Assembly (NCBI GenBank): GCA_033442325.1
Contig: JAWQFM010000001.1
Coordinates: 2,584,047-2,648,046 of the forward strand
Direction: 5' to 3'
DNA from: Salpingoeca rosetta
Taxonomy: Eukaryota > Protista > Choanoflagellata
DNA: 64,000 nt
The notes under the pieces were generated by a model, which made no database searches, had not been told where the DNA came from, and saw only the letters and a program-made list of their open reading frames with translations. Positions 52,216-64,000 of this stretch are shown piece after piece (within the stretch, counting starts at the first letter, position 1; every line of letters starts with the position of its first letter). The position numbers and the translations under genes are program-made.

Positions 52216-52954
52216 TTCATCTTCGCCACTCTGTCGTCGGTATTGGTGTACTGGGCGAGTTGGTGACCATGCACCATCAGCATCGCTCACGTCACAACAC
52301 ACACTCACGAACTCACACACATGCATGAAAAGCAAGCAGAGGAAAGCAACCAGGTACCTGCGAATATGGGCAAGGGAAGCAAGCATGCCATAGTCCCCGT
52401 CACTTGAATACTGCAATGAAGAAAACACAGTGGCATCTCATCACACAATGCACACGCGTATCTGAGAGAGAAGCAATTACATTACATTAAGGTGAACATC
52501 GCGAATGGACAGCACACGGGCAGGGAGCAGGGAAAGCACAGCAAGCAGTAACCAGATGAATGCCAATCGCGGCAGGTGTGCACGCGAGAATCGTGCAAAA
52601 CAGTGCAGTGGCGATGGGGGGGGGGGAGGGTGCCCAAACCAAATGTACAGGGGGGCATAAGGAGGCAATGATACGATGAAAAAGAATCAAATACAAGAGA
52701 GATCAAGGAGGAGCAGGGGAAGATGAGAGAGCGACGAGAGAGAGGACAGATGAAGGGGCCGCAACTCCAATTAACACCGGACGGAGGCCCGTGGTGGTGC
52801 TGATGGCGATGACGATGATGAAGATGATGGTGATGGTGATGGTGTTGGAGGAACCCACAGCACCACCAAAGACGTATGTCGCACACAACAATCCTCCAAC
52901 AGCACACCAGCCAATCCGTAGCCATGCAACCACAATCCCCGTCGTGTCTGTGCA

Positions 52955-54119
52955 TCAGTTGACGAATGAAAACGAGAGCAAGGCTGACGCCGATGGCCGC
53001 TGCTGCGCATCCCGTTGGAAGCACGCCTCGAGCAGCTCCCGGCACCCCTCGTCCGCGTCTGTAGGCGCCCAAACGCAATGGACAGGGCATGTATGTGCAT
53101 GCGTGTGTGTTGTGTATGCGTGTATGCGAGTGTGTGTGTGTGCGTTGTGTGTGTTGTGTGTGTGTGTGTGTGTGACACAAAGGGAATTTTGAAAGAGATA
53201 CGTCAACCACAAACATTCATGCGCGCACACACACACACACACACACATACACACACATACAAACGCACCATCTGGAATGCAGGCCTTGTAGTCCTCGTTT
53301 GAGCTTCCAATCTTGAACAGCACCGCCATGGCCTCGCAGTTGTAGAATGGCGGCTTAGTCGTCAACATCTCAATCACCGTGCAGCCAAGGCTCCTGCGGC
53401 GCACGCGGGAAGGGGGGGGGGTGTGCACGAGTTGGCACACATGGGTGCGTCAGCAACAGCGATCACAAGCGGTTGCCAAGCAAGCGAACGACCGAGCAGC
53501 CCCACAAAGGCAAAGTACAATACAAGCAAGCAAACGTACGCAAGTTCCAGCCAACACAATACCAGCGCAACTGACCAGATATCGCAGCGGCGGCCGTAGC
53601 CCTTGCCCTGCACCACCTCTGGCGCCATCCAGTACGGGGTGCCGTGCATGGACTTGAACCCGGTCACCGTACGGATCTCTTGCAGCTGGCGCGCAGCACC
53701 AAAGTCCGCGAGTTTGATGTTGCCGCCAGAGTCAACCAGCACATTCGCGCCCTTCACGTCGCGGTGGATGATGTTGTGGTTGTGCAGATACTCCAGCCCC
53801 TAAAGACGATGATGGTGGTGGTGGTGGTGGTGGTGGTGATGAGCAAATGAGCAGTAGTGGCAAGGGAATGAGGTGGCAGTGCTGGAGAGAGGAGCAGCAC
53901 CACGTTGAAACACTGTGCATAATGTGTGGTTGTGTGTGTGTGTGTGTGTGTTGCATGCAGCGTACCTGGAGCATCTGTCGAGTGTTTTTCCTGACAACGT
54001 CGATGTAGAATGCACCGTAGTCTCGCAGTCGCCGTGCAATTGAGCGCTGGAGGTGGCGGTCGTGTCGGTGGTGATTGGGGTGGGGGTGAGGAACGCGTGC
54101 GGACTGCAGTCGCGTGTGT

Positions 54120-54153
<34 letters not shown>

Positions 54154-55347
54154 CTGTGCGCACACCTCACGACGGCAAAGCAGCAAAGCACACACCTTTA
54201 TCAACCATACACAAGTACTACTATGCAACAATGACGAACAACCACAATGAAAGAGCAACTCACCCCCGGCACGTATTCCATGAAGATGGAGAGGGTCTCT
54301 GGGGTGCGCTTGGTGCCGAGGTACGTCACAATGCGCGGGTGCCTCAGACCGCTGAGGACGCGAATTTCGCCCTCCAGTGCCTCAACGGCGCCGCCAGACG
54401 GCTGCTCGCCCGCATCGAGCTCAACCTCCTTCACCGCAACCTCTGCACCGGTCCCGTCGTCCAGCGCAAGATACACCTGCAGCACGCAGCGCCGTGGTGG
54501 TGGTGGTGGTGAGGGTGTGGGAGAGGTATTGTGCGTGGCTGCATGCGTTGACACACGGTTCGCGGACCCAGTGAGTCAGTCAAGCAACAACAATACATAC
54601 TCACACCAACGCAACAAACAGCAACGCCACATCGCACACCTTGCCGAACGCGCCCGAACCGAGCAGCTTTCCTTTCCTCCACCGCACCGGCATCGTTGGC
54701 CCACGGACTGCTGTTGAATTGGGGAGGGGGGAGGGTGTGGGCGTGAGTGACGTTATGCGCACGCACGTACGCACGTACGCACGTACACAAACATACACAC
54801 ACTCACACGCACATTCGCACACACTCTCACAAACACACAAACACACAAACACAGAAGCACACACAAACACACACAAACACACATGCACAACGAGTTTGAC
54901 GCACCAGCGCTAAAGTGGGACTGCGTGGGCACGGCGGTGTGCGGCACGCGGTGCATGCCCTCGCCGGCCATTGTTGACGACGACGTCCGTTCGCGCGGGA
55001 GGGTGTACGGGCCGCCAATCCGGGTTACGGCCACGTGGCCCGGCGGTGCACTCGACCGCGGGTATGTCCCCGAGCGAAGCCTGTCCGGAACATCAAGCGC
55101 GCTGCGCACCTGTGACTCGTGGTCAAACACGCCCGATTCCGTGTCGTCGCGGGTGAAGACGTCCTTGACAGACACGCGCGCAACGGCGTGGTGGCTGCCC
55201 TGACTGCGCTGGGAGCCGCCGCCGCTGTACACGCTCTGTGTGCTGGACGCGCTGTGTGTGCTGCGGAAGCTGTGGAAACTATGGGCGCTCCCAGTCGAGC
55301 GGACTGTGCGGGACGGCTGCTGCAGATGGCGGTGCACACACACGCAC

Positions 55348-55386
<39 letters not shown>

Positions 55387-56129
55387 CACACACACACAGG
55401 GGAGAGGGTGGATGAGCTGGGCAATGGACACATGGCGGGAGGGAGGGCACGTCGCGCTCGTTGCACAATCACAATTTAAAAACAACACACACACACAATG
55501 TGCCAAGGTGTGGTGTGCGCACCTCATATCTGTGATCTGGCTGATCGTCTGTTTCTGGGATGAATTCTCCGCCGCCGTTTACGTCCGAGGACCAGCCTGC
55601 ACGAGCGCGCGCACACACACACACACACGTAAACATGGTGAGGAACGCTAAACAATCACGCCTCCATGAGTCCGCTCACACACACACACATACACGCACA
55701 CACATACACGCACACACATACACACGCACGCTCGCACAACTCACGTCTGTCGTGGACGCTGTGCTGCGGCAGGTCGAGAAAGCCCGGGGGCGGGCTGCTG
55801 GGCCGGTGGGCATCGGCGCGGTGAGGGTGGTGGTGGTGCTGGTGGTGATGGGGAGGTGGCAGTGGTGGATCAACGTCGTTCACCTGCGCATTGGAATCAT
55901 GACAACAGACGCACATGGAGAGCGTGAGGGTAGTGATGGTGTTTGAAGTCAAAAGCGGGAAGGCGCTGGAGAGATCGACATGCGCACGCGTACACACGGA
56001 CACATGGGCTTACATACACACAGACACACACACTCACTCACTCTCACACACACGACACACACACTCTCTCTCTCACGCACACACACACACTCACACACGA
56101 CACACACACACACACGACACACACGACAC

Positions 56130-56187
<58 letters not shown>

Positions 56188-56891
56188 GAAGAGTAGCCTG
56201 ACCGTGAGCTGTGCGAAAGGGAGGTCGAGGGTGTGCGGGTTGTGGTCTGAGGGCATGCGTCTGTGGGCGGCGCCGCGGCGAGCTGACGGCTCCTTACGCA
56301 ATTCGGCACGCTGAAATGTCCTGCAACCACGACACGCGTGGAGACGAGGAGAAGACGGTTGGGAAGAGGAAGGGTGAGCGCGCGATTACTCAAACCCTTT
56401 CTCAATCGTGGCTCGTCATCTCAAGAGCACATGCATTTCCACACGCGCGCGCACAGGTAAGCACACGTACGTACATTTATGCACACACACACACACGCAC
56501 ACACGTACACACAAACACATATACGCACACACACACGCGCACACTCGTACGCACGAACCCACCCCATGTGTTGGCGGTATGGGCGGTCAAAGGGCGGGTG
56601 GTCGCGAAGGCCGGCGCTGTCAAGCTCGTCAAAGGGGGAAGGTGGCGGCGGTGATGTTGTATCTGTGGAGGAGGTGAGCACGAGACGCACGGCGGTGGAC
56701 GACGACTGTGCATCCACGGACTTGAGGCACTGATCAAGGTCATCCTGTGTTCGTAATCGCTTCCGCTTCCCCTGAAAATACACGCAAGCGAGTGTGGCGA
56801 TGGAGCGCAATCGGTGCGGAGTTGTCAGTCTCCACATTCACTCGTCCTCAGCATTCAACGCAAACACACAAACACACACACAAACACACAA

Positions 56892-56925
<34 letters not shown>

Positions 56926-57555
56926 ACGCAAACACGCAAACAAACACGCACTCGTTATCTCTCACACACCCCTCCCTTTCCTTCCCATCCACTACCTCTG
57001 TGTCAACGACAAGGATGTTGAGATTTGGTTTTCTGAAGTAGGCCACAATCTTCTGTTTCAGTTGATCCAAGGAGACGGGGCTATCCAGGAATATGTTCCT
57101 GCGCACACGGGAGCAGTGGATTTGATTGTAAGCGCGGCTGCATGCTGTTAACGGCAAGGCGCACGGCAGACAAGATCGCACACACCACAACGCATACCAC
57201 CACCACCACTAACTACATCATCTCACACCGTTCTCTACATGAGACCCAAACTTGATGCGGCAAGCGCACACAGTCCTGTGTACCTGTTCTCTTGGCCGAG
57301 ACAGCACTTGAAGCGGATGCCCTGTGTGTGACATTGGTGGTCACGTGAGAGATGATCAAATGAGTGTGCGTGAGTTTGTGCGATGTGGTCTGTGTGTGTG
57401 CCTGCATTTGTGTGTGCTTGCCATGGTGTGTGTGTGTGTGTGTGCGTGTGTGCGGTTGTGTGTTGTGTGTTGTGTGCACACTCGCAAGCAACGAGACACC
57501 ACAAGCCACAGCAAGCCAACGCAGGTCACAGCAAGCTAACCGGTTGCACATCCAT
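52955..57555 (-). CDS. MEKK2/MEKK3-like MAP kinase kinase kinase with N-terminal PB1 domain
   Basis: PB1 ([29 protein letters not shown]...[11 protein letters not shown]), SPPPGF and GTYPR linker motifs, kinase [17 protein letters not shown]...AVKEV...SIFMEYVPG...[24 protein letters not shown]...[10 protein letters not shown]...RPSASALL. Confidence 0.9.
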
Positions 57556-57945
57556 GGCGAATGCAGTTTCAGACGACAGCGAGAACACAAACACGATTGT
57601 AACAACAAACCAAACAATCAACACCCGCAACTTCTTGGCTGCGGCAAAACGAATGCCAACAACCACTGTCTTTCTTGTGGAGGAATATGAAACTGCCAGG
57701 CGTGCACACGCGCACACACACGCACACGCTCCGCACACAACGAGGAATCGGTACAACCGCGATCGGCGAGGACACAAACACACAAGCAGGAGATGGAAGA
57801 CAGAGAAGGTTGCCTGTATTGTGGTTGTGGCAGGGTTTGGTGCTGTTTGGCTGTTTGGTGCTGTTTGGTGGTTGACCAAAAAAAATAATCTGGCGCTCAT
57901 TTGTGTTGCGACAGCATAAATCGTATCAACTGAATTCAGTTCCGT

Positions 57946-57967
57946 GAATTTGCCGGCAAAATTTGAA
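57946..57967 (+). promoter_or_regulatory. Candidate CDE/E2F-like + CHR element
   Basis: GCCGGC-AAAA-TTTGAA (57952-57967): GC box, 4-nt spacer and perfect CHR, within the near-palindrome GAATTTGCCGGCAAAATTTGAA. Confidence 0.45.
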
Positions 57968-58121
57968 CACCAGCCAGCGAGCCAGGTAGTGTTGGTCGCT
58001 GTGGTTGTTGGTGTGTTTGTATGTGGTGGGAGTTGTGTGATTGATCATTTCATGCATGGATTGATCGTGGGCTGCTGTCGCTTGAGTCGTGGCTTGAGGT
58101 CAGGAACGTTGTTGGTGTGTG

Positions 58122-58172
<51 letters not shown>

Positions 58173-58542
58173 CATGTGTTGGATGTGTGTTGGCCAACCT
58201 CAACCACCTCAACCACATCAACCCGCACAATGTGTGTCTCATACACGTACAAATACACACACACGAGCAATGTTTGTTTTTTGGTTCACACATCACATTG
58301 CTTACCGTTCCGTTCGTCATGATTGTGTTCGTGGTTGCTGCACTGCTTGTTCGGTGTTGTATTTCGCAGGGTCAGCAAGTAACAAGAAGCCGGAACGTGC
58401 ACTTTGCCGTGGTTTGCGTGTGATTTCTCTGTGTGCGTATTTTGTCTCGTGCTCGTGAACCCACCGCCACACAGCCGCATCACCGACAGGCACAACAACC
58501 ACCAAACCAAACCAAACGAACGAACCAACCAACCAACCAGCC

Positions 58543-58705
58543 ATGGCCACAAGAATTCATCGGCCTGATGGAGCCAAGCAGAGCAATTTCCCGACGACCT
58601 CAAGAGTGCCAAAGCCCCACAAGGACATGCGCGGGTATGTCTGCGCAGTGGTGTGCTTGTGGGTGAAGTGGTGGCAAAGAGGAGTGATGGCGGGGGTGAC
58701 AGAAC

Positions 58706-58784
<79 letters not shown>

Positions 58785-59319
58785 AGGCGGTGATTGAAGA
58801 TGAGAGCGGGACAGCAAAAGAGAGACCATACCAGTCGAGGGCTTGAGATGACAGTTATGTGTGTATGTGTCTGTAGGCACATGAGTGTGCTGTGTGCTCT
58901 TCTGTGTTGTGAGTGTCGCTTTGATGATTGGATCTGCCTCCCCCTGATGGGATCCCTCACATCCAGCCTCACTAACACAAACACGCACACATGCACATGC
59001 ACACACAACACAACAACACAACACAACACCGCTATTCCTTCATGGCGTGGCGACAGTGTGACTGCCATTCGGAAATCAGAAGCTGCATTGCGCGTTGAAC
59101 GAGACGAACTGCTTGAGAAGACGGCCGCCCAAGGCAAATCCATCTCCGATCTTCAGCAACAGCTGGCAAAGGCGACACAAACTGCACAGGTCAAGAGCTT
59201 GGGAAGAGGGACATGTGGTTGTGAACGGGAAGTGGACAGAGGTGAAGGGGGAACAAAGCAGCTGAGCCGAGCTTGTGTGGGCGTGTGTCTGAAAGACCTC
59301 CAAAGACCCGTTTCCTGTT

Positions 59320-59357
<38 letters not shown>

Positions 59358-60687
59358 CACACGCACGCACACATACGCGCATGGACATATGTGCGCGCAG
59401 CGCAATGCCTTCGATTTGATGGTATCATCATTCAGGAGGCAACAGAGCAAGTGGTCTCACAGCGAGAGGAGCTGGAGCACATCAACGCCGAGAACATCCG
59501 CACCCTTCAAGAGCAACACAACCACGTGTGTGTGTGTGTGTCTGTGTGTCTGTGTGTCTGTCTGTCTGTCTGTCTGTCTGTGTGTCTGTGTCTGTGTGCG
59601 TCTGTGTGTGTCTGTGTGTGTGTGTGTGTGTGCGTGCGTGCGTGCGTGTCTGTGTGTCTGTGTGTGTGTGAATTGGCGACGACATGGAAGAAACTCGGAT
59701 CGAGCATTCTGCACGGCGCTGCAAGCAGGTCTCGCTCACGGCTGTATGTGTGTTCGTTTGTGCTCTGCAGAGGTCCTGCAACAACAACACCAAGACACCC
59801 TCGCCTCGCTTCACGCTGAGAAGGTATCGTGGCTTTTGCCACCGACCAACCCGCCTACAACACGCGATACGACAGGGTACTGTGGTGGAAGCATTTCTGC
59901 TCATGTTTATCGCTCACATACATATGCGCGCTTGTCTGTGGTGTTAGGAGGAGATTTTGAGGCGACTGCAAACGCTGCAGGCACTGGTGGAGGCCCAGCA
60001 CATCAATTCCGGTTGGTGCTTGTACTAGTGTGCGTGTGTGTGCGTGTGCGTGCATGCGCGTATGCATGTGTGTGTGTGCGCGCGCGTGTGCGTGTGCGTG
60101 CGTGTGTGTATGCATATGTGTGTGTTGCCATTGCACACCGCAGACTGCGTGCGTTGTAATTTCTCCATTGCCATCATGGATCAACACACGGAATGCCAAT
60201 GACTCACAGTCTCGCTTTGCTTTTATGTGTGTGTGTGTGTGTGTGTCCACAACAGTGACCGGTCAGCCACTGGCGAATGCAGAGGCCATGGCACAGCGGC
60301 AGCAAGAAACGCAAGCCAAAGCCTGCGCGGTATGTACTCTAAATCGCTCGCTCGTAGCTGGCCGTGCGTCTCTCCTTTTGGCCTTCCTGAATGCTTTCAC
60401 TGGGCGAGCTTGATTGCATGTTGGTCCCAAACTGATCGAAGGCCGTTGCTCACCTGCCTGGGCATGCGACGATGCGTGTGTGCGCTTGGCAGGACATGGA
60501 GGCTGTGGCTACAACGGCGCAAACTTGCGATAGTCAATTGCAGGCCCTGCTTGCTCACACGCAAGCGCTTGAGCAGCAGTTTGGCATCGCCCCGCAGCCC
60601 ACGGCCACCGCAAATGATGATGGCATGAGTGCATTTGCAGTCGACCTGAGTGATCCAGCACAGCTGCGCGATGCACACATGTTCTGA
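58543..60687 (+). CDS. Small coiled-coil protein, possibly SKAP/KNSTRN-like
   Basis: About seven exons: MATRIHRP...TTSRVPKP, then heptad-rich segments, [18 protein letters not shown], ...[18 protein letters not shown]...RDAHMF*. The last three exons were verified in frame. The gene is well supported; the family is speculative. Confidence 0.7.
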
Positions 60688-61659
60688 GGCGCAAGAACGG
60701 TTTTCATGATGGTGCTGTATTGTACACACAATGATGATAAGGACCATAGTGAGGACGATGGCGATTGGTGATATGTGTGTGTGTATGTGTATGTGTGTGT
60801 GTGTGTGTGTGTGTATGTGTGTAGTTTCCTCAGACTGTCTTTTCCCTCCGTCTCTATCTGTCTCTGTGTCTCAGTTCTCTGCTCCTGTGTCGATTGCTGT
60901 GCGTTTGTATCCTGTGTTTTAAACGACATGCGACTTGAACGTCTTGATTGTTCGCACAAGGAAGGCAGCTCTTACCTGCCGCTTTGCCTTCGCGTTGCTT
61001 TCTCTTCTGCTTCATTCTGCTGCGATGTCGTGTTTCGCATGAGTTACGTGCTCCCATCGCAAATGGATTACACACGCACATGTCCGGGCGTGCGGACAGG
61101 GCAGAGCAAGTGAGGTGTGGGAGGGCAAAGCGTGGTGGTGATGCTGTGTGCTGATGATGTGCTGTTGCTGTCAGTCATGATCAGCCCATCATATTCGTGG
61201 TGTTGTGGCACATGTACATGGGATGGCGCGTGTGTATTGGTAGACAGAAGGAGGCAAGACGCGACGTGATGTCCAACCTAGAGTCAACAGCACACCAACC
61301 AGATGGCCAGCAAAACAAGGCGCAGCAGAGAAGCAAGGGGAACACTTGACACACATGTGCACATGTAATACCAGCGCAGCAAAAGCAAACAAGCTCACAC
61401 AGCCCACATACATGGCGGCAACTCATATCATCCATTAAATGCAGTCAAAATCAGATGCATGCGGGCGCAACGTAACAAGACAACGACAATGTATTCGTGG
61501 GTGTGAGGTGAGCAACAAGCAAGCTCGCTCCCTTGCTTGCTTGCGAGCGTGCTCCCTTGCTTGTGCCTGTGCTTGCTTGCTCCTGCCTGTGCTTGCGTGC
61601 TTCCTTATGTGATTTTGGGTTGATTATAGCAGCGATGACGTGATACCATGGGCGCATGC

Positions 61660-63913
<2,254 letters not shown>

Positions 63914-64000
63914 CTATGTTTGTGTTGGTTGGGGGGGAGGGGGAGGTGGCAAATGTGTGAGGAGGGAGGAAGCGAGAGGGGGGAATGCTCGTGTGTGTGT

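Overview
Eukaryotic, intron-rich, GC-rich genomic DNA in which almost every intron carries (CA/TG)n or related microsatellites, with five N-gaps. Gene content and intron style suggest a choanoflagellate, probably Salpingoeca rosetta (inference). Most ORF-track entries are microsatellite artefacts, so I rebuilt genes by hand from GT-AG exon joins. I count about 17 spliced genes in order: KIF15-like kinesin(-), NDC80(+), orphan(-), mS31/MRPS31-like(-), NDUFA8(+), ODAD4/TTC25(-), GRASP(+), ARM-repeat+TIR protein(-), TMEM177/M48-like(+), FYVE-START fusion(-), N-acylated DUF4062-NACHT-WD40 (NWD-like STAND)(+), cupin(-), voltage-sensing phosphatase(+), myotrophin(+), PB1-MEKK2/3(-), coiled-coil protein, possibly SKAP-like(+), ABCF(-). 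Main points of interest: (i) near-strict head-to-head gene pairing, with four ATG-ATG distances of 509-557 bp and two functionally coherent pairs; (ii) candidate E2F/CDE-CHR (DREAM-type) elements at mitotic genes, one of which points to a possible premetazoan SKAP; (iii) two TIR-fold immune-like signalling proteins within about 20 kb; (iv) a FYVE-START lipid-transfer fusion. Family assignments rest on remembered motifs, not on database searches.
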